A DNA stretch of 64,000 nt from NCBI GenBank assembly GCA_044440125.1, contig JBITAJ010000011.1, forward strand, positions 102,648 through 166,647, given 5' to 3'. The position numbers were made by a program, and so were the translations under genes. This DNA is from Sedimentisphaeraceae bacterium JB056 (GTDB lineage Bacteria; Planctomycetota; Phycisphaerae; Sedimentisphaerales; Sedimentisphaeraceae). Below are positions 37,653 through 49,900 of this stretch, piece by piece (position 1 is the stretch's first letter; the number at the start of each line of letters is the position of its first letter). The notes beneath the pieces were generated by a model. The model worked only from the letters and a program-made list of their open reading frames with translations, was not told the DNA's origin and ran no database searches.

Positions 37653-38711
37653 TTACTTTTGCAATTCTATCAAAGGTGCGGTTGAATCTCTTTCGACAAA
37701 GACTTTGGGAAGGGTCAGGTGTCTTGCGCAGGGAGTAGGCGATTCTGAAGATATCCTTATGTTTTCTAGGAGTAAATCAACAGCTGCTGCACCCATTTCT
37801 TCAAGTGGGCTTCTAAGGCTTGAGAGCTTGGGTTTGGTGAACTGGCACATGTAGATGTCATCCATGCCTATCAGGCTTATATCTCGAGGTATCTGAATGT
37901 CTTTTTCTGCTAAGAAATCAATAAGATGCATTGATATGATATCTCCTGTTACTATTGCCGAAACATTCAATTTGCCTGAAATAATATCCTCTGCGATTGT
38001 TTTTGCTATTTGTTTATGCGTGAACCTGCTGGTATCGATCTCTATTGGAACAAAATCGAGCTTTATATTACCGGTATTAATAGGGGCAGGCATCATTTTT
38101 TGCCTGTCTTCCATTGCTTCCCATTGCGGGTAAATGCTGTATCCTATCTTTTTGTGGCCAAGCAGTGAAAGATGTCGGCACGCCTGCTGATATCCGAGTG
38201 TAGGGTCGCAACAGACTGACCAGATTTGCGGATTTGTTGAAACAGAGGATATGACAACGAATGGCAGTCCGTATTCAAGGAATTTTTCAAGGACTTTCGC
38301 ATCAGTATTGCCAAGTGGATGGGTAATTATAAATCCATCCACTTTTCTTTCGCGTATACCTATGGGGATTTCAAATTCTGAAATGTCGGAATAGTTTTCC
38401 AATCCTACAAAACAACCTATGTTTTTGTTTTTTGATTCACGCAGTATGCCGCTGGTTACTCGCGACCAGAATACATTTTCTTCTGGTGTATCTCGTAGTG
38501 TGTCGCATATAAGGGCGATATTGTCAGTACGGCTTGTAGCTAAAGATCTTGCCTGAGCATTAGGGGTATAATTAAGGTTTTTTGCCACTTGCTTGACTTT
38601 TTGAATTGTTTCCTGTTTTGCTGGAATATGCCCATTCCTTGGATTCAATATTCTTGAAACAGTAGGTACTGATAGGCCTGTCTTGACTGCTATATCTTTT
38701 AATGTTGCCAT
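37653..38711 (-). CDS. LacI-family transcriptional regulator
   Basis: ATLKDIA...SVPTVSRILN, YTPNAQARSL, IPRDISLIGMDD, RDST. Confidence 0.93.
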   Translation of the reverse strand: MATLKDIAVKTGLSVPTVSRILNPRNGHIPAKQETIQKVKQVAKNLNYTPNAQARSLATSRTDNIALICDTLRDTPEENVFWSRVTSGILRESKNKNIGCFVGLENYSDISEFEIPIGIRERKVDGFIITHPLGNTDAKVLEKFLEYGLPFVVISSVSTNPQIWSVCCDPTLGYQQACRHLSLLGHKKIGYSIYPQWEAMEDRQKMMPAPINTGNIKLDFVPIEIDTSRFTHKQIAKTIAEDIISGKLNVSAIVTGDIISMHLIDFLAEKDIQIPRDISLIGMDDIYMCQFTKPKLSSLRSPLEEMGAAAVDLLLENIRISSESPTPCARHLTLPKVFVERDSTAPLIELQK

Positions 38712-38738
38712 GTTTGAAAGTATTTTATTATTAAATAA

Positions 38739-38944
38739 GTAACCGCTTGTGTAATTATTACATGGATTGTCTCTTGGCTCAACTCTTTTTTTGTATTTTT
38801 TGTATTATTACAATATCTATGTAAGCGTTTACGTTAATTTTTTGACAAAAATATTTTTGTTTAAGTCTTTTTTTTTATAGTCTTTATGTTTTTATGTTTG
38901 TTTTTAATTCTGGGTTTTTTATGTAATTTAAAGTAATCGCTTGC
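38739..38944. promoter_or_regulatory. Three LacI-type operator-like sites in the divergent promoter region
   Basis: GTAACCGCTTGT (38739), GTAAGCGTTTAC (38821), GTAATCGCTTGC (38933, overlapping TTGCAA-N17-TAGTAT). Confidence 0.65.
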
Positions 38945-38980
38945 AAAATTTATTTTTGCCTGTTAGTATATTGTCATATT

Positions 38981-40171
38981 ATGAATTGTCTAATTGAAAC
39001 AATTGTCGATAAAAGAGGCTGGGTTTGCGGAATTGCAGATGGACGTAAGGGTTTGCCTGTGCCGCAGCAGTGGATGTCTTACTTTAATAACAGAGTTGCA
39101 AGAGCTCTTACTCCTTTAGTGTGTCATTATGATTGTATGTGGTTGTATGATGTTGAGGAGGAGTTCGATTTTACTGGTTATAATGAGTTGCAGCTTAATG
39201 CTATGGTCGCTTTTAATAATTATACCGGCAGGTGTATGACATCACTTGGCAGAGGCGCTAATATTGCTTTCGGGCATGGCGGGCCAGGAGAGTTTTTCAG
39301 TAGAAAACTCAGTTCAAGTGAGAATGAAATGGTAGTTGAATTTGAAACAGGTGCAAAAGCCAAGATACAGTTCAAGCCTCATTTTTATCATACTTTTGAC
39401 TTGCCGGTTAAAACATTTGGTGATCTTAAAAGTCTTAATTTGCCTGATCCTTTCGACGAAAATCGCTATAAGTCTATTAAGGATAATATAAAATACCTCA
39501 AAGACAGAGGTGAGTTTGTGATGTGTTCGCTTAACGGATTTTTCTCCGGTTTGCATTATTTTCTCTGCGATTATCAGGAAGTTTTGATGGGACTGATAGC
39601 TGATCATAAGCTTATTGAAGGTATGCTTGATAAGTTAGGTAACTGGAATCTTGCGGTTGCCGGACAATTAGCAGATTGCGGGGCCGATTGTATTGCTTTG
39701 TGTGATGACCTTGGGGCAAAGCAGTCAATGCTTCTTTCTCCTGATCATTACAGGAAATTCTTTAAGAAATGGCATAAGCAACTTTGTGACAACATGCATG
39801 AAAAAGGTGTTCTTGTGCACCTTCACAGTCACGGTGCTATAAGCCCGGTTCTTAATGATATCGCTGACTGCGGTTTTGATTTTGTAAATCCTTTTGATCC
39901 AGAAGAAGGCTTTGACATAGAGTACTTACTGAAAGAATACTCAAAAGAGTTTGTGATTGTCGGTGGTTTGCCCGCATCTTTTTGGCTTTGGGACCGCCAA
40001 AAACAATTAAAGAATGTCGAATATTTGATAAAGCTTGGACACGAGTACGGTAGGTTTGTGCTTATGGATTCTGGAGGTATCCCCGAAGGAGTCACAAAAG
40101 ATGATTATGACTTTATAACATCAAAAAGCAGGCAACTCAGAGGAATTGAAGAGGTTGACTATGCAGTATGA
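38981..40171 (+). CDS. Uroporphyrinogen decarboxylase/MtaA-like TIM-barrel protein
   Basis: GADCIALCDDLG..MLLSPDHYRKFF, LHSHG, VIVGG pattern of URO-D family. Confidence 0.75.
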   Translation: MNCLIETIVDKRGWVCGIADGRKGLPVPQQWMSYFNNRVARALTPLVCHYDCMWLYDVEEEFDFTGYNELQLNAMVAFNNYTGRCMTSLGRGANIAFGHGGPGEFFSRKLSSSENEMVVEFETGAKAKIQFKPHFYHTFDLPVKTFGDLKSLNLPDPFDENRYKSIKDNIKYLKDRGEFVMCSLNGFFSGLHYFLCDYQEVLMGLIADHKLIEGMLDKLGNWNLAVAGQLADCGADCIALCDDLGAKQSMLLSPDHYRKFFKKWHKQLCDNMHEKGVLVHLHSHGAISPVLNDIADCGFDFVNPFDPEEGFDIEYLLKEYSKEFVIVGGLPASFWLWDRQKQLKNVEYLIKLGHEYGRFVLMDSGGIPEGVTKDDYDFITSKSRQLRGIEEVDYAV

Positions 40172-40195
40172 TGTTTTGATAGGTGGAATATTTTA

Positions 40196-41560
40196 ATGGA
40201 ACTTTTGAATTTAGATATTTTGAAAAAAAATCAGGTTACTGACCTGTATAATAAGATTCTGGTTTCTATGATGGAATTTATTGTATCACGATATGAGGCC
40301 GATCCTTCTTATGGATGGGTTGATACGAAAATTTCTCTTATTACCGGTGAAGACTTTGCCGCAGATGATTTTCTACGTGGCAGAAATACTGTTTATGCCT
40401 GGATACAAGGTAGAGCTCTTGAGGCCATGACGTTGCATGCTGATTGGTTTGAACAGAATTCGATTGAGCTTGATCTTGTCGCAAGAATCAAGGATGTTTT
40501 ACATGAATTGCTGAGCAAACTTGAGTACTCCAGAAGCATTAATTGCGGACATCTTTCATTCTTTATGAATAAAGACGGCAGGGCATTTAGATTGTCCAGT
40601 GATTGTCAACCTGAGTATTTTACAGATATGGCTTGTCAGAACTATAATTTGAGCGATTTGTTTTGTTCAAAAGGTATGTATGTTGCCGCCAAATATCTTG
40701 GATTCGGTAAGTCTGAGCGTGATGCGAAGGATTATTGTTTGGATGTGATTGATGCAGTATGGGATGGTAATTTTGTCAGCGATCAGGTCTCTTTCAGAGG
40801 AGAGATTAGCAGTTGCGGCAGGATACTGAATTCTATAGGTCCCTACATGTTGTCGCTGGACACAGCGGAACTTTTGCTTAAGGATGATCCAGAGTATGCC
40901 TCTGACCTCGCGGGAAAAATTATCGACAGGATATTAACTTACCATGTCAATTTGAGAGGAGAGTGGGGATTTGGACACCAATTTGATTGCGTGGAAAATA
41001 TTGATTCTTCATATGCGCCATTAACCGCAAATAAGACAGTAGAATCTGACCCCGGACATTCAATTGAGTTCTGTGGATTGACTATGCGTTTTATAAATAA
41101 TTTCAAGAAATTTGCGATGCTGCCGGAAGATATTAGTCGATTCGATGACTATGAAGACATAATTAAGAGTGTCTTTAAGAAGAATTTTACCAATGGTTAT
41201 GTTGAAATTCCGGGCGGTATTTGTAAAGGTTATGATCTAGTATCACGAAATATAATAGACAGTGATATGCCCTGGTGGAACTTGCCGGAGGCAATGCGGG
41301 CTGCTTTGTGCTGTGCTTCAACGGGAAGTTTTAAGGAAGTGGAAGAATTTAGAGATATTTTCAATAAATGTCATAATAGTTTTGTAAATAATTATATCAG
41401 GCCGGAATACAATTATATATCTATCCAGACTATCGGTGCAGACGGGATGGTAAAAGATACTATTCCGGCAACACCTGATATAGATCCGGGTTATCATACC
41501 GGCATTTGTCTTATAGATTGTTTGAAAGTTTTAGAAGAGATTGATTTAGAAATAGCATGA
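40196..41560 (+). CDS. AGE-family (N-acylglucosamine 2-epimerase-like) epimerase/isomerase
   Basis: WIQGR, DPGHSIEF, WWNLPEAMRA, DPGYHT. Confidence 0.7.
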   Translation: MELLNLDILKKNQVTDLYNKILVSMMEFIVSRYEADPSYGWVDTKISLITGEDFAADDFLRGRNTVYAWIQGRALEAMTLHADWFEQNSIELDLVARIKDVLHELLSKLEYSRSINCGHLSFFMNKDGRAFRLSSDCQPEYFTDMACQNYNLSDLFCSKGMYVAAKYLGFGKSERDAKDYCLDVIDAVWDGNFVSDQVSFRGEISSCGRILNSIGPYMLSLDTAELLLKDDPEYASDLAGKIIDRILTYHVNLRGEWGFGHQFDCVENIDSSYAPLTANKTVESDPGHSIEFCGLTMRFINNFKKFAMLPEDISRFDDYEDIIKSVFKKNFTNGYVEIPGGICKGYDLVSRNIIDSDMPWWNLPEAMRAALCCASTGSFKEVEEFRDIFNKCHNSFVNNYIRPEYNYISIQTIGADGMVKDTIPATPDIDPGYHTGICLIDCLKVLEEIDLEIA

Positions 41561-42453
41561 GAAATTTAATAAGATCAGTTTTGTTTTTTATATTAGTTAT
41601 TCTACTTGGCAGTTCTACTGGCGTGAAAGCGGGAGATTTTTACGAAGTTGAAGCTCTGTACGAAATAAACATTGTGCATGATATCAGCTTTGCAGAGGGC
41701 AAGGATTTTGATGCTTATTTGCCGGTTGCAACAAGTAAAGAGCAGAAATTTCCTGCGATAGTCATGATACACGGAGGAGGTTGGGTTGCTGGTACGAAGC
41801 GACAGGCAAGGGAAGTAAGGAATGGGAAGGTTTTAGCCTCCCGTGGTTATGTTTGTGTAGATATTGAGTATCTTATCGCTAAAGAGGATGCTCCATCCTG
41901 GCCGCAATGCCTTTATGACTGCAAGAATGCAGTGAAGTATCTACGCAAATATGCGGATAAATATAATGTTGATGCTGACAGGATTGCAGTTATGGGTGGC
42001 TCGGCTGGCGGACATTTGGCACTGATGACAGCGTTTACTGGCGGAAATCATCGTTATAAGAGTGGTCTTTATGATGAATATTCGGATGATGTTTCGGCGG
42101 TGATAGATCTTTACGGTATAACTAATACTTTGAAATGGCGATACAAAGGCGGATACATGCTTTTAGGTCATACCAAAAAAGGCAATGAAGAACTGTGGAA
42201 AGAAGCTTCACCGGTTTTTGCTGTGAAATCTGAGATGCCAGCGATTTTAATAATGCATGGCACTGATGACAAGACTGTCGGTATTGAGCAATCGCAAGAG
42301 CTGAGCGATGTACTGGAACAAAAAGGGATTGAACACGAATTGATAGTTGTAGAAGGAGCCGGGCACTCTTTTACATTTGATTCTACTCCAACTAATTACT
42401 GGCCCGTCATACTTGAATTTTTGAAAGATAACTTAAGGAACAATAACGGATAA
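41557..42453 (+). CDS. Secreted alpha/beta hydrolase (carbohydrate esterase-like)
   Basis: Signal peptide; IHGGGW, GGSAGG, HGTDD, GAGH. Confidence 0.88.
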   Translation: MRNLIRSVLFFILVILLGSSTGVKAGDFYEVEALYEINIVHDISFAEGKDFDAYLPVATSKEQKFPAIVMIHGGGWVAGTKRQAREVRNGKVLASRGYVCVDIEYLIAKEDAPSWPQCLYDCKNAVKYLRKYADKYNVDADRIAVMGGSAGGHLALMTAFTGGNHRYKSGLYDEYSDDVSAVIDLYGITNTLKWRYKGGYMLLGHTKKGNEELWKEASPVFAVKSEMPAILIMHGTDDKTVGIEQSQELSDVLEQKGIEHELIVVEGAGHSFTFDSTPTNYWPVILEFLKDNLRNNNG

Positions 42454-42454
42454 A

Positions 42455-44161
42455 ATGACAACAGCAAGCATAACATTGAATAATTTATCCTCGTTTTGGA
42501 CTGTTATTGGCTTATATACAGTTCTGCTGGCGGGTGTAAGTGCATATTTTGCAAAGTTTATAAAAAATACTGATGATTTCTTCGTAGGCTCGAGGCATAC
42601 ACCCTGGTGGGTAAGCGGCTTGTCATATTTCATGACAGCTTTTTCAGCGTCTGTATTTGTAGGCAGAGCATCATTCAGCTATAATTACGGTGGATTGAGC
42701 CTTGTTTTCATCCTGTTTGGAATGCCTACCTTCTTTTTCGGCTATTTCATTTTTGCGAGAAAATGGCACAGAACAGGGTGTTCGACTGCGATAGAATTTG
42801 TTAACAAGCGATTCAGTCCTGCTACGGCCAAATTTTTCATCTGGACAGGTATCCCCGTAAGAGTTCTGGATAATGCAAACAGGCTTTACGTTACTGCGGT
42901 TTTGCTTGAAGTGTTGTTTGGTTTTAATATATGGATGTCTATCATAGTAACCGCGGCGATCGCAGTTCTTTATACAATTGCCGGCGGTTTTCTTGCGGTA
43001 GTCTTGACAGATGCATTGCAGGCGATAGTTATGGCAGTTATTGTTACTGTAGTTGCAATTGCCGGGTTTATAAAAGTTGGAGGTATAAGCGGGTTTGTTG
43101 AACAACTTCCAACATCTTTTTATGAAATGAATCCTGCTGGTTCTGATTACAGCTTGCTCTTTATAATACTGGTAGGTTTTTCAGGTATATTAAGCTGGAA
43201 TGGTTATTGGTCTCTTGTTCAAAGATATGTGTCCGTTGAAAAAGAGGTTGATGCACGTAAAGTTGCCATGTCAACCGGTATATCATATTTTATGCTGTTC
43301 CCATTGCTTACGCTGCCGCCGGTCTTTGCTTCTATTCTGATACCTGGCCTTGAGGGTGCCGAGACTGAACATTGTTTCATCATGCTTTCGGATATGATAT
43401 TGCCGACTACTTTATTTTCACTGCTTTGTTTCTCCCTTTTCGGGGCTACTATAACTTCATTGAATTCCGAGCTGAACGTATTGAGCCAGATTATAGTTCA
43501 GGATGTACTGGCAAAGTGGCTTGGAAAAGCGACTGATAAGTTCAGACTTTTCATGAGTCGATTTTTTATTATTGTTTTGACAATATTCTGTGTCTTAATG
43601 GCATCTATGGTGAGAGGTCTTGGCGGTTCGTTCCGGTATCTTATGATACTGCTTGCTATTACGACAATCCCGACTTGCGGGCCTTTGATAATGGGGCTAC
43701 TTTACAGAAGAACGCCCGCATGGGGAGCTATGCTTTCCTTTGTTACCGGTATTACCACGGCAGTATTGATGAGCTTTGTATTCAAAACGTCTTCTTCCGC
43801 AATGATAATAGGAAACCTGATAGCAACATTCTCTGTTATATTCATCACAGGGTTTATTGATCCGGCGACCGGACAAGATGAAATGTTTGCACGTCTTAAG
43901 ACACCTAACTCAGGTGATCCTAAAGAGCAGACAACAACTGCTAGAACAGTAAATATCAGATTCATTAAGATAGTTGCAACATGTCTTATTGTTTTATCAG
44001 CAGTATTATTTTTAGCATCGTTATTGAGCAGCTTGGATATTTCCGGTCTGGAGATATTGACAATCAGTGTATTGCTGGTATTAGGCGGCTTGCTTCTATT
44101 ATTTGTATATAGTTATAAATCTCGAGTGAATAATTTGAATTATGAACCGGTTAAGGAATGA
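42455..44161 (+). CDS. Sodium:solute symporter
   Basis: DFFVGSR, FSASVFVG, AVVLTDALQ, LVQRY, TSLNSELN. Confidence 0.9.
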   Translation: MTTASITLNNLSSFWTVIGLYTVLLAGVSAYFAKFIKNTDDFFVGSRHTPWWVSGLSYFMTAFSASVFVGRASFSYNYGGLSLVFILFGMPTFFFGYFIFARKWHRTGCSTAIEFVNKRFSPATAKFFIWTGIPVRVLDNANRLYVTAVLLEVLFGFNIWMSIIVTAAIAVLYTIAGGFLAVVLTDALQAIVMAVIVTVVAIAGFIKVGGISGFVEQLPTSFYEMNPAGSDYSLLFIILVGFSGILSWNGYWSLVQRYVSVEKEVDARKVAMSTGISYFMLFPLLTLPPVFASILIPGLEGAETEHCFIMLSDMILPTTLFSLLCFSLFGATITSLNSELNVLSQIIVQDVLAKWLGKATDKFRLFMSRFFIIVLTIFCVLMASMVRGLGGSFRYLMILLAITTIPTCGPLIMGLLYRRTPAWGAMLSFVTGITTAVLMSFVFKTSSSAMIIGNLIATFSVIFITGFIDPATGQDEMFARLKTPNSGDPKEQTTTARTVNIRFIKIVATCLIVLSAVLFLASLLSSLDISGLEILTISVLLVLGGLLLLFVYSYKSRVNNLNYEPVKE

Positions 44162-44165
44162 TTCT

Positions 44166-46055
44166 ATGAAAGTTAAACTTGTCTTATTTTTAATGTTCTT
44201 TACTTTTGCGTTCGGAAATACTGACCAGGCATCTGTTAAAATCTATTTAAGCCCAGCAGCACAGGGAAAAGCGACCGGAGTATCTGTTCAGGATGCCGCA
44301 GTATATTATGATTCCGCTGTCTGGCAGAAAGTAAACAAGATGTTGACTTCTCAGGAAGTGAGTGTTATTCTTCTTGATGGTCAATACAATACAAAACAGC
44401 TCAAACTCGTCAATATCGGAAGCAATGACAAAAAACGGCTTACTATAATGGGTGAAAGTCCTGATAAAGTAGTACTCAATGCACCTACGGCAACGATGAT
44501 GAGTTTGAGAGGATGCGAGAACATAACGGTTGAAAACCTTAATTTTACAGGCGATATTTCCGGTTACGGTTTGGCTATAACTAAGGATTCCGACGGTAAT
44601 CCTTGCAAAAATATCGAAATAAGAGCTTGCAATTGGTACGATTTGCCAAATCTTTATTACGGCTGCACAGGTGCAAGTTTTGGTAGTTATGATATAACTT
44701 TTATAAAATGCTCATTCAAAAGGGCAGGTCAGGACTCGCATCATCATTTTATCTATAATGCTTATGATGCTCATTACGTAAATGTCATTGATTGTCATTT
44801 TGAAGATTGTACAGGTTCGTATGTACGTTACCGATCGCATTCTGATTATGGTACGGTTACGGGCAATACTTTTATCTCTACAGGTGATTATCCAAACTAT
44901 GACCCTAATATAGAGGTGTTTATAGCGGTTGAACATTTTGCAGACGTTGATCCTGGGGATGAGCGTTTTGGGACACATTATGCTTTCGCTAACAACAGTT
45001 TTACTTTTACGCCTGCTCCAACTGAAGATGCTATAAGAACCGGCATTAGATTCAGGCATGCCGGCTTTGATTACCCGGGACTTAATTGTCTGATGACAGC
45101 CCCGGAAGGTAAAATTCTTGAAAGTAATAACGGAGAGATAAAGAAGAAACTTTTACTGAGAAATTGCGGGCTTGATTTTGACAAGATCAGTGTAATTAAC
45201 AATCAGTGGAAAAATGAAAAATGGAAGCTTCATTTCAGTTCATTTGCATCCTTCGGTGCGACCAGTAAAGGCTGGGAGGGCGATGTCGATATAAGCGAGG
45301 TGATAAAAGTTAAGCCTGAAAAGGCATCAAAGCCTATAGATCCTTGTACTGCTGAAGTTGGTGTTGACAGACTTTCGACTCCTGTTGCCAAAACGCATCT
45401 TGATACTTGGATGCTTCAGTATGAGGAGATACTGGAAAGTATAAAGAACAGCAGTGAAGGTTATGATTTGGTTATGATAGGTGATTCTATAACATATCGC
45501 TGGCTTACGAACGGAAAAGCTGTTTGGGATGAGTATTATCTGCCGAGAAAAACCTTGAACTTAGGATATGATGGTGACCGAACGCAATATGTACTTTGGA
45601 GGTTGGATAATGGTGAACTTGATAATATAGATCCGAAACTTGCCATACTTTTAATTGGTACAAACAATTCAAATACACGAAAAAATACTGCAGAGCAAAT
45701 AGCCAATGGTGTAATGGCGGTGATTTGCAAAATCAGGGAGAAACTGCCTGATACAAAGCTACTGGTTCTTTCTATATTACCCAGAGCAGATTTACGTCAG
45801 TATCGTGACAAAACAGATACGTCAAATGCAGCTATGAATTTGCATTGGCTTAAAGTTCGCCGTGCAAGTGAAATAGTTTCACAGGTATCTGATAATGAAA
45901 AGATATTCTTTTTGGATGTTTCCGAGGCCTTTTTAGACGATCAGGGACGTGTAAGTCGTGATTATATGCCTGATCTTATACATCCAAGTGAAGAAGGCTA
46001 TAGAAGATGGGCTCAGGCAATGGAGCCTACTATAAATAAACTGATTAGGGAATAA
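44166..46055 (+). CDS. Secreted beta-helix-like domain fused to an SGNH/GDSL esterase
   Basis: N-terminal domain shared with 46949 and 50359; C-terminal IGDSIT, GDRTQ, IGTNN, DLIHP. Confidence 0.75.
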   Translation: MKVKLVLFLMFFTFAFGNTDQASVKIYLSPAAQGKATGVSVQDAAVYYDSAVWQKVNKMLTSQEVSVILLDGQYNTKQLKLVNIGSNDKKRLTIMGESPDKVVLNAPTATMMSLRGCENITVENLNFTGDISGYGLAITKDSDGNPCKNIEIRACNWYDLPNLYYGCTGASFGSYDITFIKCSFKRAGQDSHHHFIYNAYDAHYVNVIDCHFEDCTGSYVRYRSHSDYGTVTGNTFISTGDYPNYDPNIEVFIAVEHFADVDPGDERFGTHYAFANNSFTFTPAPTEDAIRTGIRFRHAGFDYPGLNCLMTAPEGKILESNNGEIKKKLLLRNCGLDFDKISVINNQWKNEKWKLHFSSFASFGATSKGWEGDVDISEVIKVKPEKASKPIDPCTAEVGVDRLSTPVAKTHLDTWMLQYEEILESIKNSSEGYDLVMIGDSITYRWLTNGKAVWDEYYLPRKTLNLGYDGDRTQYVLWRLDNGELDNIDPKLAILLIGTNNSNTRKNTAEQIANGVMAVICKIREKLPDTKLLVLSILPRADLRQYRDKTDTSNAAMNLHWLKVRRASEIVSQVSDNEKIFFLDVSEAFLDDQGRVSRDYMPDLIHPSEEGYRRWAQAMEPTINKLIRE

Positions 46056-46075
46056 TTGATCAGAAAGGTATAAAT

Positions 46076-46897
46076 ATGAAGCTTAATGTTGTGAGAAAAA
46101 GAGTTAGATTTAACTCCAGAGGTTTTACTTTAATAGAGCTTCTGGTTGTTATCTCTATAATCGCTGTTTTGATGTCTATAATGATGCCGGCTCTTACAAA
46201 AGCTAGGGAACAGGCAAAGATGATAGTTTGCAGGAGTAATCTTAAGCAACTCAATATGGCAGCGAATTTATGGGCTCAGGATCATGATGATTGGGCAATC
46301 GGTGAATATTGGGATCGGATTGGTTATGATTCTTCATTGCATCCATATACAGATTCTTCAAGCGGAAGAAATGGAGATACAGTGAAAGAGAAAGACCTTT
46401 ATGTTTGTCCCTCTGCAAAAGGTCATTGTTTTTATGATGGTCAGAATGCCGGTTATGAAAATAGAGAGAATCTTTGTACGTATGGTGCTAACGCTTATAT
46501 GATACTTGCTCTTGGTGCAAGTCCTGGTGAGTATTCTACTGAGCTTGATGGGGTTGCTACAACTAATCAATCTTTTCATAAGAAATATCATGGTGTAACA
46601 AGAATAAGTAAAATAAGAAAGCCATCATCTACAGTTTATTTTACTGATCACGAATTGACAACAGTAGCTGCGTATAAATTTGATCCTACCGCAAAAAAAA
46701 GAGATGAACTGCATCTTCAGGGTTCCTGGAAACTTGTAGGTTATCGCTGGCATGATATAAAATCGGGTGATGATTTTGGTTTTGGACAGATAGGCTGGGT
46801 CGACGGCTCGGTGTCCAAGGAGCCGGATGATTTTTCAGAGTACGATCAAAATAATCGTGCCTTATGGATTGATTACTTTTTTGATAAAACCTTCTGA
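46076..46897 (+). CDS. Prepilin-type N-terminal cleavage/methylation protein with H-X9-DG-like C-terminus
   Basis: [21 protein letters not shown]...IGWVDGSV. Confidence 0.9.
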   Translation: MKLNVVRKRVRFNSRGFTLIELLVVISIIAVLMSIMMPALTKAREQAKMIVCRSNLKQLNMAANLWAQDHDDWAIGEYWDRIGYDSSLHPYTDSSSGRNGDTVKEKDLYVCPSAKGHCFYDGQNAGYENRENLCTYGANAYMILALGASPGEYSTELDGVATTNQSFHKKYHGVTRISKIRKPSSTVYFTDHELTTVAAYKFDPTAKKRDELHLQGSWKLVGYRWHDIKSGDDFGFGQIGWVDGSVSKEPDDFSEYDQNNRALWIDYFFDKTF

Positions 46898-46948
46898 TCT
46901 GATGTATTGTGAAATAAGTGTAATATTAATTTTTTTGGAGAATTAGAA

Positions 46949-49900
46949 ATGAAACAGAAAATTTATTTGATTATAGTGTTGTTGTTTGCAGTATGTCTGG
47001 TCAGTGCTGATGATCAGGTATTTGAAAACTTCGAAGGCTTTGCTGATTCACAGGAGTTGGTTTCCCAAACAATACCTTATCAGCTTTACGTAAGTGCAAG
47101 CTATCCAACTAATGTTACTGTTGAAACAAGCGGTGCGTATGATGGGTTACAATGTTTGAGTATGACTCCGCTGATAACCGGTAAGAGTTATTCTCCATTT
47201 GAATTCAGGTCAGATTCCAGTGTTACGTGGGACTGGACTGCTTACGATAAACTGCGATTTAATGTAAAAGGTCTTGCAGGAAATGGTACTTATGATATTA
47301 AAGTTAGGCTGTATAATCGCTGGATAAATGCTGATTATATGATTGCCGAGCAGATAATTGCTGATATTACTGATGTTACGGAGTGGACACCGGTAGAAAT
47401 ACCTCTGACCGGCCTTGATCGTGAAGACATCAAAAGTATTCATATTACGATCTACAAAGCTTCTGCAGCAAATCCAACGATTTATTTTGACGAATTTGAA
47501 CTTCTTCAGAGTAAATTTGTAGGCCCGGTAAATCTGCATTATACAGGTATTCCTACTGAAATGCAGTTTGATTTTGAACTTTCAGATCCGAACTTCAGTC
47601 CTGTTACTCTTGAATATGGAGTTGGGGGACTGGATAATTCTGTCGATGTTGAAGGTACTCTGAATGATTATGATTTTTCATATGTTCTTACTGGATTGAC
47701 ACCAAATAAGATATATGATTATAAGCTCAGTGCGGATGGATATGAGAAGACAGGTTCGTTTGCGTCGGAACAAACTGCTGACAATACGTTTGTTATTGAG
47801 GATTTTGAATCTTTCAGCAACTCTGAAGATTTGATTAATGCTTCTACAACATACTCTTATCCGGCGGCATCTGATTCTACGACAACAGTAGAATTGGTTA
47901 CAACAAATGCCTTTGATGGTTCACAGGCCATGATGTTCAGTACTTATATTAATAAGGGATATTTCTTTGGTGGTCTTACGTTTACTAATACGCTTGATCT
48001 TACGGATTATAATATACTTAGAGTCTGGTATAAAGGTGATGTCACTAACGAAGATGGCTATATACCAAGAATTCGTGTTCAAGGTGATGGAGTCAGATTT
48101 GTTGACCAGCCGCTTGAGACGTTTATGACTGACGATTTCTGGTCTTATGCTGATGTTGTGATTGACAGCAATGCCGGCTGGGCACAGATTGAGAAGATAT
48201 ATTTGTCCGGTTATAAAACGAGTACGATTCTCGGTACTCTTTATATTGATCGTATTGAGGCTATAAAGTCAACAGTGGTCAATAGTAATATTGGACAATA
48301 CTATCCAGGTTCCTGTGATATGATGGATATTAATTTCAGTGTATCTGATCCTAACCTGACTCCCATCGAGATAAGTTATGGTATTGGTAATTATGATAGC
48401 TCCATTTCTGTAGCCAGTCCGATTCTTGATCCATATGTGAATGTTAATTTTGAAGATTTGATTCCGGGCAGTACTTATAATTTCAGGGTTGATTCATGCC
48501 AGCCGCCTTACGAAGGTACTTTTGTTACAGAGGCTCTTCCGGTTGATACATACCTGATTCAGGATTATGAAGATTATGCTGATACTGCAGAATTGACTGC
48601 AGACACATTAAATTATGCACCTTCCGGTGTAATCATGGAGCTTGATGGAACAACTTCTTACGAAGGTATTTATGCCGCTAAGTTCTCATCCCAGAACAGC
48701 AGTTCTTACTTCTTTGCCGGTCTTAAATTCACTGATGTTAGGAAAGGCGGTATAGACTTTACTGGATATGATAAGCTCCGCATCTGGTTCAAAGGTGATA
48801 CTTCTAACGAAGCCGGCAAGGCTTTGGCTGTGCGTATTCTTCATGATGATGGCACGAGAATTGTTGATGATATGGATACGGGAGTTACAACAGATATAGA
48901 TGTATGGAGTCATATTGATATTCCGATTACTACAGCACAGGATTGGTCTGATGTGGAATACATTCTTATGAGGCCAAGTAAGGGGTATAGTATTGAAGGA
49001 ACTATCTATATTGATCGTGTTGAAGCGATAAAAGAGACCGGTTCTGAAGTTTCTGGTGATTTCAATTTTGATTTCGCTATAGATGATTCAGATCTCACAG
49101 AGCTTGCATCTCAGTGGCTGAATTCAAGAGGTTATTCTGATTACAGCACAATGGCGGCAAACTGGAGTATGGATTTTGTTCAGGGTCAAATATCGAGCCT
49201 TTATCTCAGCCCCGACGGCAGTGGAACAGGTCTCAGCTATGATGATCCTGCCAATTACCTGGCTGCTGGCTTGTGGGATGCAGTGAACCTGTCACTCGAA
49301 AACCATCCTGTGACTGTGACGTTGCAAGATGGTCAATACGTTGGCAGCTTACTTATGATTGGCGTTGGTAATGAGAACAATACGCTTACTATCAGGGGTG
49401 AAAGCAGCAATGGTGTCGTATTTGATTCTGCCCAGAGTACTCAATTTGAGATATTAAGCTGCCAGAATATGGTTATAAAGAATATTAACTTTACAGGTGA
49501 TACTGCTGGATATGGCTTGAAGATATCTTCTTATGGAGCAGATACTACTAATTATGACTCCTGTGTGCCATCAAAGAATATTGTTGTTGACAGTTGTAAT
49601 TGGTATGATATGCCGCAAGACCTTTACGGTTCATTCGGTGTAAGTTTTGGAAGTCACGATGTTACCTTGAAAAATTCAACTTTCTATCGTATAGGCCAGA
49701 CAGCCGGCTCGCATATGATTTACAATGCCTATGGAGCAGATTATGTTGATACATTGAATTGTTATTTCGAAGATTGTTCAGGTGCGTATGTAAGGTACAG
49801 GGCAAACAGTGATTATGCCGTTATTTCAGACAACACTTTTGTTTCAACCGGCACATATGTTAACGCTGATCCATCTAATGAAATATTCCTTCACATACCT

